Shown here one piece after another: positions 41,501 through 53,786 of a stretch of DNA of 64,000 nucleotides (its first letter is position 1; every line of letters starts with the position of its first letter). Both the position numbers and the translations under genes were made by a program. Where the stretch lies: the NCBI RefSeq assembly GCF_004010195.1, contig NC_057711.1, positions 82,217,450 to 82,281,449 of the forward strand, given 5' to 3'. The notes under the pieces were generated by a model. The model was not told the DNA's origin. It made no database searches and saw only the letters and a list, made by a program, of their open reading frames with translations. This DNA comes from Chiloscyllium plagiosum. Lineage: Eukaryota.

Positions 41501-44500
41501 ACCAAGGGATTGATGAAGAACAGAAAAATACAGTATGTTCCCCGCAAGTTTACTTTGGTAAGACTGGCACTAAGAGCTTCTACAGGCATGACAAGAGAAA
41601 AAGATTGCGTCTGTAGTGCACCTACATTCACCAACGGGGAAATGTATAATAGAGGACAAAGGAATGGCTGAGCAACTGAATGCATACTTTAGCTCAATCT
41701 ACATGAAAGATGACATAAATCAGATATCAGATGTATTGGAGAATGCAATATTTATTGAGGGGGAAGAACTGAAGGAGATCAATATTAGCAGAGAAGTGGT
41801 GCTGGGAAAATTGATGGTATTGAAGGTGAATTAATTCCTGGGGCCTGATAACCTACATCCCAGAGTACTTTAAGGAAGTGGTTCTAGAAACAGTTGATGC
41901 ATTGGTGATCATCTTCCAGAATGCTATAGACTTGGGAACAGTCCCTGCAGATTGGATGGTAGCTAACATCACTCCAATATTCAAAAGGGAGATAGAGAGA
42001 AAACAGGGAATTATAGACCAGGAAGGCTAAAATCAGTAGTGGGGAATATTCTCAAATCCACTATCAAGGACTTTACAGCGGAGTATTTAGAAAACAGTGG
42101 CAGGATCAGATAGAGTCAGCATGGATTTATGAAGGGGAAATTATGCTTGACAAATCTGTTGGAATTCTATGAACAAGAGTTCACAGTAGAGTTGACAAGG
42201 GGGAGCCAGTCGATATTGTATACTTGAGCTTTCTGAAAGCGTTTGACATAGTCCCGCATGATAGATTATTGTGCAAGATTAAAGTGCATGGGATTGGGAG
42301 AAGTATATTGATGGATAGAAAACTGGTTGGCGGAAAGGAAACAAAAAGAAAAGTAGGAATTAATGGGTCCTTTCCAAATTGACAGGCAGTAACTCATGGG
42401 GTGCCACAGGGATCGGTGCTGGGATCCTAGCTATTCACAATATATGTTAATGAATTGGATAAGGGAACAAAACATAACATCTCAAAGTTTGCAGATGATA
42501 GCAAGTTGGGTGGGAGGGTGAACTGTAATGAGGATGCAGAGATCCTTCAACAGGATCTGGACAGGTTGGACGAGTGGACAAATCAATGGCAGATGCAGTA
42601 TAATTTGGATAAGTATTAGGTTATTCACTTTGGAAGCAAAAACAAGATAGCAGATTACTACCTGAATGGCTGTAAATTGGGAGAGGAGAGTGTGCAGTGG
42701 GACCTGGGTGCCCTTGTACACTGGTCACTGAAGGTAAGCATGCAGGCGTAGCAGGCAGTATGGGTGGCAAATGGTACATTGGCATTCATTGTGAGAGTCA
42801 AGATTAGAGTGGTGCTGAAAAAGCACAGCAGGTCAAGCAGCATCCAAGGAGCAGGAAAATCAATGTTTTGGGCAGGAGCCCTTCATCAGGCAAGAGGGGG
42901 AGGTTGTGTACAGAATCAGGGATGTGTTGTTGCAGTTATACAGGGCCATGGTGAGGCTGCACCTAGAATATGGTGTGCAGTCTTGGTCTCCATTTCTGAG
43001 GAAATCTCTTGCTCTCGAGGGAGTGCAGCAAAGGTTTACTAGGCTGATTCTGGGCATAGCAGGATTGAGAGATTGATTACTAGGTTACAACTGTTTTTGC
43101 TGAATTTCAGACAAATGAGGGGGTAATCTCACAGCAACTTATAAAGTTCTAACAGAACCAGACAGGGCAGATGCAGGAAGGATATTCCAGATGGTGGGTG
43201 TGCCCAGGACCAGGGGTCACAATCTGAGGATTTGAGGTAAACCATTTAAAACGGAGATGAGAAGACATTTCTTCACCCAAAGGAAAAAAAAGTTCTAGCA
43301 AATTCATTACCACAGGAAGTAGTTGATGCCAAAACATTGAATGTATTCAAGAGGCAGCTAGATACAGCACTTTGGGGTGAATGAGATAAAAGATTATGGG
43401 GAGAAAGCAAGATTAGGCTACGGAGTTGGATCATCAGCCATGATCATGAAGAATGGCCTCCTCCTGCTCCTATCTTCTACGTTTCTTGTACACATTTAAA
43501 TTCCTCTCCACTCAAGCCCTTAACACAATGACAGTCTTAGTCTATGTTTGGCAAGTTAAAATCCCCAAGCATAACCACCCTATTGCTCTCACAGATATTG
43601 GAGATCTCCTTACAAATATGTTTCTTTAATTTCCTGCTGACTGTTAGGGCATCTGTAGTATAATAAGGTGATCATCCCTTTCTTATTTCCAGGGAAGTTA
43701 CTTGGGTGGAACTGAGACATATCCCCAGGAATATCCTAAGTATAGCTGTAATGTTATCAAAAGTGCAACTCCCTGTCCTCTCTTGCCCTCTCACTTTCTA
43801 TCCTTCCTATTGCATCTATACCCTGGAATATTAAGCTGCCAGTCCTGTCCATTCCTGAGCCACCTCTCTAATTGTTAGGATATCTCAAACCCATGTTCCC
43901 AAATATGCAGGGTTCATTTGCCTTCCCCGTTAGGCCTTTTGCATTAAAAGTGCCTTTATTCCATCATTCCCACCTTGTTCTCTGCTTTGTTACTGCCTGC
44001 CTTGTTCCTTTTCCCAACTGCACCAGTCTCAGACTGATCTCTTTCCTCATTATTGTCCTGGGTCCCACTCCACCCTGACTAGTTTAAATCTTCCTGAGCA
44101 GTTCTAGTAAAATCTCCCCACTAGTATATTATTCTCCTTCCAATTCAGGTGCAATCTGCCCTTCTGGAACAGGTCACTTCTACCCCAAGAGATTCCAATG
44201 ATCCAGAAGTGTGAATCCTTGTCCACTGCACCAGCTCCTCCTGCTCTATCCTCCTATTCTGACCCTCTCCATCACATGGCACTGGGAGTAAGCCAGATAT
44301 TACTACCCTCAAGGACCTTGTTTTTTAAATTCTTGCCTAATTTCCTATATTCTCTCCTCAGAATCTTATCCTTTTCTCTTCTTATGTCATTAGTTCCAAT
44401 GTGTACAATGACCTCCTGCTGGTCCCTCTCCCCTTTGAGAATATTCTGCATCCTCTCCTAGGGATCCTTGATCCTGGCATCAGGGAGGCAACACTATTCT

Positions 44501-44540
44501 GATCTCATTGTCAGGTGCAGAAACATCTGCGCCTCTGACT
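38555..44540 (-). mobile_element. Long CR1 LINE split by an oppositely oriented CR1
   Basis: CR1 ORF2 remnants at 38958..39245, 39966..40172, 40399..40581 and 40568..40815 (PTTEGAKPDLLLG...EHFGASDHNSVSF); the endonuclease and 5' part resume at about 43485-44540. Confidence 0.85.
40820..43485 (+). mobile_element. CR1 LINE nested in the preceding element, itself carrying two PLE end insertions (about 41193-41288 and 42795-42890)
   Basis: Starts at the endonuclease gtgatcatgggggtgattttaat (xIMGDFN-like) motif, then SDHN, GNYRP, GVPQGSVLG and KFADDSKLGG motifs through a CR1 3' UTR. Confidence 0.88.
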
Positions 44541-45112
44541 AAAGAGACTGGATTGAGAAACAAAATTCCATGGGGCCTGTCAGGTAGATAGGGAGAGGAT
44601 GTTTCCTCTGAGAGGATCTAGAGCAGAGATTTAAAACAAAGATTAGGCAAAATATTTTCTGAGGGTTGAGAGTCTTTGGAACTTTCTTCCTAGAAAGGTG
44701 GTGGTTGAATATTTTTAAGGCAAAGGTGGATAAGTTCTTGTTAAGTAGCAACCAAAAGGTTATCTGGATAGGCAGGAACATAGATTTAAAGTTACAATCA
44801 GATCAGCCATGACGTTATTGGAGATTGGAGCAAGTTTAAGAACCGAATAGCCTACATCTGTTTCTGAATCATGTGTTCATACATATGCATCCCTTGAGAG
44901 TTTCATGATGAGGGAGTATAGAAATAGACTGATGGGTAGTGGTTTAGAGGAGATTTGTTAAGAAATGTTTTTCATCCAGAGAGGTTGACAGGGATCCATA
45001 ACTCAGTGCCTGAAAAAACCCTCAAACCATTTAAGAAGAATTAGGATGTGCACTTGAACAGCCATTACAAGGCAATGAACCAAGAGCTGAAGTGTAGGAT
45101 TAGGCTCTGTGC

Positions 45113-45129
45113 CACACACACACACACAC
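45113..45129. repeat. (CA)n microsatellite
   Basis: cacacacacacacacac. Confidence 0.85.
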
Positions 45130-47429
45130 CCCTCCTGTACGGTAAGCAAATTCTAGGAATACCTGTACTTGCAAAGTGGGTTTTTCAACATTGGTACATA
45201 ATTGTGCCAAAGACAAAAGTTTTTTTTTATTGCATTTGTATAGATGCTGTAAGGTAATTTTACTTCGTTCCTTTCCTTCATAACCTTCCACAATCAAATA
45301 CTCTAAAACATGGTGAATTATTTTCTATATTTCCTGCAAAGTCAACAGGATTTCAATAAATTAATTTGAAAATAAAGTTCCTGAGCTCTTCCTGTTAAGA
45401 ATAACTCCTTTTTGATAGTACTAATTCTCAGGACTCCACGTTTGCCGAAAGCCTTAAGCAAGTCAAACTGTAAAATTTGACCAAACACACACTGCCAACT
45501 GAAAAGTAACTGCAGTACTGTCCTATCTGGAATTAGGTTAAGTACAATACTTAGAGCACACTTAAAATTTTAAATTATAGCACAGAACTCTGCACATCAT
45601 TTAGAAGATCACAGGTGTCATACAAATATTCTCTCAGTAATTGTTTATATTCTTAGATATAGACAACAGCTGAGTCAGTGAAACTACTTTTGGTATTCCA
45701 GTTATTGACATAATAATCAATCCAACAATGAATGCGCAAGCAAAAAGTGCCTTGGATAGCTAGGGTTTGAATCTTCAGCTATTTCAGTAATTAAAATGTA
45801 CTTGTACTAGTCTAACTTAATTATGTCATTATGAATTATTTTTAAGTCATATTATTTTCTATATTTGAACACAAACATTCTTCCAGTTGTGGTAACAGCA
45901 GACCAAAGATCCAAGAATAACCCCATGTTGCATAATGCACAATTGCATGTATGGCCTAATTCACTTTATATAGTGTAAGAATTTGCTGTGACAGTAAGCA
46001 CTTGGGTACAACCCCTACGTTGAGATCTGCAATCCACAAAAGAACCATAGACATCCCTCTCAATCACAGGGAGAGGACTAGTCATACACAGACTGAGGAG
46101 CATCATTTCTGGGGCAAAGTGAGGAAGCAGATCTCCATGATGTGCCAAAACTGGCAGAGGGATTGAACACTCATCACTGGAATGATTCCACATCACACAC
46201 TAACCATCTAGCCAATTGAACAAAACAATCTCCCAATGTTTCTGCCTGATTTGAACAAGCACTGAGTGCACTTATTTACCACAGGCATAATTTGCTATTT
46301 CAGAAATAAAAACATATGCTCCAAATGATAAATTTACGAATCTAAGATTGATGTTAGACCAATGTCATATTTATATTTACTGTATTTTGAAAGCACCCAA
46401 TATACAGGTCTAAAACAATAATCAAAGACAACTTGATTTATTAACAAACTAAATTCAGATTCTGCCCAAATACAAGCACAATCCATATTATTCTTAAACT
46501 GAAGAAATTAAAATGTTCCCCAAAATAATAAATCCAATTCAAACTACATTTTACACTGGGCACACAATGTAATTTAAAACCCAAAACAATTTTCATGTGC
46601 ATTTCCACATTAGATGTTTGCGTATCTCACAGTAAGGAAAGATATATTCCCAAAAATACTGCACAACAAAAACTATTAATTTGCATTTGGGATCATTACC
46701 TTGAAAAGAAAAATGTCAAAACAAAAGAACGAACTGCAGATACTCAAAACCTGAAACAAAAACTGAAATTGCTGGAGAATCTTTCTTCTGTTGCAGAAAT
46801 ATCATAAAACTACTAATGTATTTTATAGCTATTATAAAAAGCTAAAGATTGATCAAATGATGTCAAATCAATAAAACACAAGGTTCCATCACAACTGAAG
46901 ATAAATTTCATAATAACTACAATAAAAATAAATTCTATTGGATGCAAAATGTTGTGTATCAAAATTTTTTTTTATCATTTCATATATTGTACTGATAAGA
47001 AAATTCTCCAGAAGGAACAGCCATCAAACTGATTCATTCAGCTTCTAAACAGCACATATGTTTGCCATTTAAATCTGATATTCAATTAAATATATAAATA
47101 TTTCCTAGGAAATCAAATAATATTACTTGCAATCAATCAAGGTTAAATGCAAAATGTACAACAACGTCAATAGCAATTTTATTGTATGTGACAATACTCA
47201 ATAACTTTACACACTGATTCACACCCTCCAGCAGGGCTTTTCCAATCTATTCTTTTTGTCCATTTAAATATTAACATTCCAGATTTATTTACAGTTTTAA
47301 AGAATGACTATTCTAACAACACAAGAAAAGAGAAATAAAATGCTCCTCTCCTGTTTTTCTCAGCTCATCTGCTGTTGAAATTTTCTTCCATGTCATTTTT
47401 ACTTCTAGAATCAACTATCTTAACACACT

Positions 47430-47556
47430 AGGAGAAAATGAGGACTGCAGATGCTGAAGATCAGAGTCAAAAGGTGTGGTGCTGGAAAAGCACAGCCAGT
47501 CAGGCAGCATCCAAGGAGCAGGTGAGTCAACATTTCAAACATAAGCTCATCAGGAA
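47430..47556 (-). mobile_element. Family B PLE terminal fragment
   Basis: Reverse complement matches 58660-58785; hammerhead core decayed. Confidence 0.8.
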
Positions 47557-47569
47557 TACCTTAATGCGT

Positions 47570-48030
47570 TGCTGACTAACCTTCTAAATTTCATTCTCAG
47601 TAAGCCGGAGACCATCCAAATCTATGCCAGCTTGTGTCTTAATTTGCAGTAAGCCCTTTTGTCCCTCATTTGATGACCTACAGCGGCTTCCAGTGAAACA
47701 TCTTGACTTCATAATTTACAACCTTATTTTCAAATCCCTTCATAGTCTTTCCCCTCCTCTAATGTCCTTCACATGTGTGCTGGGTTTATTGTATTCACAA
47801 TTACAATGGTGCTACCACTAGTGGCTACGCCTTCAACTGCCTTAGCCAGAAGCTCTAGAATTCAAACCCACACCTCTCCATTTTACTTTCCAGCCCTAAG
47901 ACACTTCTTAACACCCATTTCTGATTTAGCTTTAGCCATTTGACATATCATTCCTATGTGGCTCAATGTCATACCTGTTTTATAATGCTCCTTTGAGGAG
48001 CATTATAAAACACACAATGCTTTATTATAT
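47570..48030 (+). mobile_element. Degraded L2 LINE 3' end
   Basis: ORF 47624..47821 DLQRLPVKHLDFIIYNLIFKSLHSLSP matches the L2 LHWLPV...DFKILxLxFKxLH pattern. Confidence 0.65.
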
Positions 48031-49254
48031 ATAATAAGTTATACAAGTTTTGTTATCACCAATAAATCCAAGTATTTTGGTAATCTTGGAGGAACTCCTG
48101 AGATACTGTTATGATCCCTAGTATCCTGGGTCTCCAGTTGGAAAACACCTTAAAGTCTGAAGAAAATTCTGAATGATGGCAAACTGTTCTAATCAGTGAC
48201 TTATTAAACAAAGTAACTGTTTACCTTACAGGTATTGGACATATCCCATCTAGATTTCATTACAAAGGAAGCAAAGCCCATAATTAAAAACTGCAAACAA
48301 AGCTGAAGCAAATTCTATTTAAATCAGTGCAAATATTTCACTACCTTTGGGTGCCAATTATTTCAAGGAATGATTCATCTGTACAAGAGAAAGAGAAATC
48401 ATTCCACATAATAATCAATACAAATTTACAAATACAAACAAATCAAGTTGTGCTTGTTTACAATGTCCAACACTGGAGGAACAAATAGCTGCTAAGGCAA
48501 AATATTCCAAACATTTTCAAGCCACAACTAAGGGGCTCTGACGATCAAGTGAACTGAGTTAAGACAGTCACTTCCAAATTCTTCCACAGTCTCACAACAC
48601 CTAGTTGCAGCTGCCACAATAATAAAACATATGCACCCTGAAGACTGTGTTCAGCACTCCCATAGTCATGCCTTTGGTGACTATTCTTTTAGCCACCGTG
48701 TCCTTACGCTTTGCAGCCTGGTCTACCTAAATCCTGAAAATTTATTGTCACCCTTATTTCATCATTCTTTTCAACTGCCTTCATGATCCTCAATGCAGGA
48801 CTGCAGACTTAAAGACATCTCAAAGCTAAATTAATAAGAAACACTTTGGAAATTTAAAAAAAGTGTCTCACAGCAAATCCAATATATTAATATGGCTCAG
48901 CAAAAATGATTTACGTGAGGCTTGTGAGAAGACTAACCACAACACACGAATAAAACATATGGGTGATTATGGTTTGATCTGAAATCTGGAACAGGTTAAA
49001 ATACATTAACCAGCACCCAGCCTAACATTACATCAGGACATGTTCACGAAGTCCTGCTCAAAATGCTGCGTACATCAAAAATCACAACTAACTTTAAATC
49101 TGCTGAATACTCTAGGAACCACTGGTGAATTAAACTGCTTGGGCTATGACAAGCACGATGTTTAAAAGTCTGGGGTGACACAGCAGAGCCTGAACATTTG
49201 GAAGATTCATCCCTCTCGTATCTGAGCTCAGCCAGAAAAGCTCGGAATAACACT

Positions 49255-49760
49255 GACAACGTTAAGGGTGGCCGCCGGGCCGCGCGATGTGGTTTTCTTC
49301 CCGGCTCCTACTCGTGTTGACACACTGCGGTGAGGGTCAGTGTTAGCCGGTGCGGCTCCCTAACGCACTCGCCTCTTTAACGGTGCAGTCCTGCACCAGC
49401 TCGAACTCCTCTTTGTCTTTCGGAGTCTTGACAGTAACCCGGATGGTTCTGGCTCCAGTTCTAGAACACCGCTCCGTGTTCTCCGCCATCCTCGAGCTGT
49501 CTGTCAACCAACGGCCGCTTCCTCATTGCACCATGGCACCATGGGTAATCCACTCGCACCCTAAAAAAAAACAAGAAGGCCGTCAAATACTGAAGCAATA
49601 CCTCTCAGAGTCGGACAGTCGCTATACCATTTTCAAAATAATATTTGTTTCTCAAAAACCTATTCAGCGGACTTGTGGCGTTTCACACCCGTCTCACCAC
49701 TAAGGGATGACGTTGCAAAAGGAACTTACTAGAACCGGAAACGGAAATAGATGGAGTGTG
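49255..49760 (-). promoter_or_regulatory. CpG-rich promoter/5' region of UBQLN1
   Basis: Abrupt local CpG enrichment in a CpG-depleted, AT-rich background (ggccgccgggccgcgcg etc.). Tandem ETS-like CCGGAAACGGAAA at 49735-49747 and a TGACGT CRE-like site at 49708-49713. The TSS cannot be fixed from sequence alone. Confidence 0.75.
49373..49489 (-). CDS. UBQLN1: Ubiquilin-1 coding exon 1 (start of UBL domain)
   Basis: aggATGG start; translates MAENTERCSRTGARTIRVTVKTPKDKEEFELVQDCTVKE (39 codons). VTVKTPKxKEEF is the ubiquilin UBL N-terminus. Ends in phase 0 at GAG|GCGAGT (GC donor). Not in the ORF track. Confidence 0.92.
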
Positions 49761-50479
49761 GCTGCTGGGGAGATTCTAATGAGTAGACAGTCAAATGTGA
49801 TCCTATTGAGTCATTGCAAACTGCACATTTACTGCATTACCCCATTTACACATGTATTAAAGCTGTACATTAATTTATTTCCTTTTCAATTTTTTTTATT
49901 TCAGTATAAGAACTCTTTCCATCATTTTACATTTACAGAACGCAGTTTGTTCTGTAAAGAACAATGGATTTGTGAAGTAATATCGTTCCTAGACGCGTAA
50001 AGTGTTGCAAGTTTTATCCCAATTCATATACTTAGAAACGTTAATTAATATATTTTGAGTTTCTGTTTCAACTACATAGTTCTGCGCTTAAAAATAATAG
50101 TAATTGAATTCTCTCGCATGTTTCTAAGTAAATGACAATGACTTGTTATGACCAAGGTTGGAGTGTGCGCTGTTGTTTTCTGGTCCTACCATGTGGACTG
50201 GTCACAATTTAAATTTAGACACTTTACCCAGCTAGTAATATGGCCAAAGAATAAGATGATAAATTATGAAATTTATCTACATTAGGTTGGATATTACCAA
50301 ATATGGATTATTTTGATGCTTTTTATCTTGTCCACTCATCAGGACAATTCACAAGTATACCAATTCAAAAGGAAAATAACATTTATGCCACATGACTGAA
50401 GAGTGCTGACTGGTTGGCAACTGGAATGATTGGTTGATGCATTACCATAAAGAAGGCATGTCTCCATAACAATATATAT

Positions 50480-51200
50480 TTAGAGTCATAGAGATGTACA
50501 GCATGGAAACACTTTTGGGACCAACTTGTCCATGTCGACAGATATCTAAATTATTCTCATCCCATTTGCCAGCCCCTGGCCCATATTCCTTTAAACCCTT
50601 CCTTTTCAAATACTCATCCAGATGCCTTTTAAATGTTTGTAATTGTACCAGCCTCCACTATTTCCTCCACTATTGCCCCTCAGTCCCTTGTAAATTTTTC
50701 CTCCTCTCACCCTAAACATATGGCCTCTAGTTTTGGACTCTCCCATCTCAAGGCAAAGACCTTGGCTATTAATCTTATCCATGCTCCTCATGATTTTTTA
50801 AACCTCTAAAAGGTCAAACCTCAGCCTCCGACGCTCCAGGGAAAACAGCCCCAGCCTATTCAGCCTCTCCCTGTAGCTCAAATCCTCCAACCCTAGCAAC
50901 ATCCTTGTAAAATCATTTCTGAACCCTTTTAAGTTTCACAACATCCTTCCAATTGGAGGGAGACCAGAATTGCCCATAATACCAAACATCTTCTTCACTA
51001 TCCAACTATCTGTGGCTCCACTTTCAAGGAACTATGAACCTGCACTCCAAGGTCTCTTTGTTCAGCAAAACTCCCCAGGACCCTGCCGATAAGTGTATAA
51101 GTCCTACCCCGATTTGCCTTTCCAAAATGCATCAACTCACATTTACCTAAATTAAACTCCATCTGCCAATCCTCGGTCCATCTGATCAAGATCCTTGAGG
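50480..51200 (-). mobile_element. CR1 3' fragment (same subfamily as 370-1285)
   Basis: ORFs 50606..50791 and 50998..51255 (WQMEFNLGKC, EQRDLGVQVHSSLKVE). Confidence 0.9.
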
Positions 51201-51791
51201 TAAACATTATGAAAGGTACTTTATTGAGGGGCTGTACAAAATGATAGCAAAACAATATTAATTTGCCTTCAACTGGAAACCTCTAATTTGACTCTGCAAA
51301 AGAAGTCAGAACATTTCCCATATGAACTCCGGACTTGAACCACATATCCTTTCACCTAAAAAAATTCCTTTTTAGGATATTAAATCAGTGAGAGCTTCAG
51401 AATCACAATCTTATGGCACAAAGGTAAGCTGTTCAGCCATTGTTAAATAGCATTCTTAGCGCACACCAATCTCCTGCTTTTTCCCCATACCACTGCACAT
51501 TATTTTTATCCAAATGATTGTCCAATGTCCACTTAAATACCTTAATTGAACCTGCTTCCACCACACTTCCAGGCAGAGCATTCTCTCCCATAATTACTCC
51601 GAGTGAAAACAGTTTGTCTTTGCTTTTTTTGCAAATTAAATTAAAATCTATACTTTGTCCCTTTTTACAGGAAACAGTTTCTCCCTATCTTCAATTTTGT
51701 AAACCTCTATCGGATTTCTTCTTTACTGCTTTCTCTCCAAGGAGAAAACACCTAACTTCTTTAATCTATCCTCACAATTGAGGTCTCTCAT

Positions 51792-52394
51792 TATTGTGGT
51801 TCTATTCGCCGAGCTGGGAATTTGTGTTGCAGACGTTTCATCCCCTGTCTAGGTGACATACTCAGTGCTTGGGAGCCTCCTGTGAAGCGCTTCTGTGATC
51901 TTTCCTCCGGCATTTGTAGTGGTTTGAATCTGCCGCTTCCAGTTGTCAGTTCCAGCTGTCCGTTGCAGTGGTCGGTATATTGGGTCCAGGTCAATGTACT
52001 TATTGATTGAATCTGTGGGTGAGTGCCATGCCTCTAGGAATTCCCTGGCTGTTCTCTGTTTGGCTTGTCCTATAATAGTAGTGTTGTCCCAGTCAAATTC
52101 ATGTTGCTTGTCATCTGCGTGTGTGGCTACTAAGGATAGCTCATCCACAGATTCAATCAATAAGCACTTTGACCTGGACCCCATATACCGACCACTGCAA
52201 TGGACAGCTGGAACTGGAGTGGCAGATTCAAACCACTACAAATGCCGGAGGAAACATCACAGAAGTGCTTCACAGGAGGCTCCCAAGCACTGAGGATGTC
52301 ACCTAGACAGGGGACGAAACGTCTGCAACACAAGTTCCCAGCTCGGCGAACAGAACCACAACGAGCACCCGAGCTACAAATCTTCTCACAAACT
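51792..52394. mobile_element. Poseidon-type PLE fold-back insertion with 14-bp TSD
   Basis: TSD TTGAGGTCTCTCAT at 51778-51791 and 52395-52408. About 51794-52023 is reverse complementary to about 52140-52361. Encodes HEFDWDNTTIIGQAKQRTAREFLEAWHS. Confidence 0.92.
52287..52326 (+). ncRNA. Minimal hammerhead ribozyme motif (intact core), Poseidon family
   Basis: gca-CTGAGGA-T-GTCACC-tagaca-GGGGAC-GAAAC-GTC-tgc: palindromic ACGT, GUC triplet and a gca/tgc stem I. Confidence 0.7.
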
Positions 52395-53786
52395 TTGAGG
52401 TCTCTCATCCCAGGAACCATTCTTAAAAACTGATTCTGCACTCTCGCCAATGATCACATCGTTCCTATGATGTGGCACCCAGAACTGTACATAATACTGA
52501 TGTGTTACAAGTGTCATATACAAGTTCAACATCAACCTTGCTCTTGTACTCTACATACTTATTAATAAAGCAGATGATACTGCATATATTCCATAACATT
52601 CCCTCTACCTGCCCTGCCAATGACCCGTGCACATACACACTCAGGTCCCTCTTCTTCTGCATCCCGATTAGAATTGTACTCCCTATTTTACATTGCCTTT
52701 CCGCACTCTTCCTACCAAAAGTCATCACCTCACTTGTATGCATTGTAACTTGTCTGCCATCTATCTCCTTATTCCACCAACTATAACACAATGTATTAAA
52801 GCCCAACAATTCTGCTCCACCATTTAATGAATGATCTGATAATCCTCAACTCCACTTTCCTCTGTAACTTCTAGCTCCTTAAAAATTCCAAAGTTTACAT
52901 ACACTTTGGTTCACCTCTCTTTTTTTCCCAACCAACCCCATCCCATTTTTTGGTCAGACAACAGTCCTCAGTCCAATTTTCTGTAAATCCTCACCCATTT
53001 TATGTGCGAAAACTTTGTTTAATCAGGAAGATATCTTCCCCCAATCCTTCACACCATCACCATCATACATTCATGAACCCCATGGCATTTTTATTAGATC
53101 CACGTAGATGACATTGATGTTGTTTTCCAATTGGGTATTAAATTAAATAAGTGCTCCTTTGAGATTGGAAGTCCATTTACTTTCACTGTAACCAAAAGCT
53201 TCTAAAATTCTACCCTCTCAAATTACTTAGCGAGGGGAAAGTTGGAGTATAGCTGCACAATTAATAATTAAATCCCATTCCAAACTAAGATTGCTGAGCG
53301 TTTATCAGCTCACATCTTAACACATTACGTGACTTGCTTTTAACTCTTACAAGTTAAACAGGGGTCTCATTTACTCTGTTAGCAGTGGAGCTGAAATGCA
53401 CAACCACAAACAATCAAAAAGTCCGAGTCACATTCCTTGCCTCATCAATATCTAAAAGCCAACCTCTGTTTCAGGCAACTACAATTTGAAGTTGAGCAGC
53501 TGCCATTCGGATGAAGCAGGCCCGCAGCTGCTGGTGGTCCCCTTTGGAGTTTGTGGGCTATTTGGCAACATAAATAGAGGAGGTACAGAGACAATAAGAC
53601 GGCCAAAAGATTCAGAAAACCCTTGGACAGCCATCCACCCCAGGACTGAGGATGGATGGCCAGGGATGGTGGTGATTTCAAACAGATTCACTGGCTCACC
53701 ACTCACCATCTTCCTTAAACTATTTCCTGTTTCACTAATTGTGTGACCAGCAGTCACATATAAATAATCTCATCCTTATGAATTTA

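Larger units (their letters stand above)
51390..52790 (-). mobile_element. Old CR1 3' fragment, host of a PLE insertion
   Basis: ORF 52465..52809 and ARVQNQFLRMVPGMRDL, which abuts the PLE TSD. Confidence 0.7.

Noticed and set aside
49350..49703. 117-aa plus-strand ORF antisense to UBQLN1 exon 1
   Set aside because: Expected by-product of GC-rich coding sequence on the opposite strand; non-ATG start and no recognisable protein.
50144..50471. Possible second solo LTR or MITE (TGTTATG...CATAACA 7-bp inverted termini)
   Set aside because: No TSD (flanks gact and atat), and the interior looks like a composite of other repeats.
53440..53757. Overlapping ORFs and a small hairpin (gccatcca/tggatggc at about 53629-53660)
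   Set aside because: No recognisable protein or splice pattern, and an 8-bp stem is expected by chance in 64 kb.
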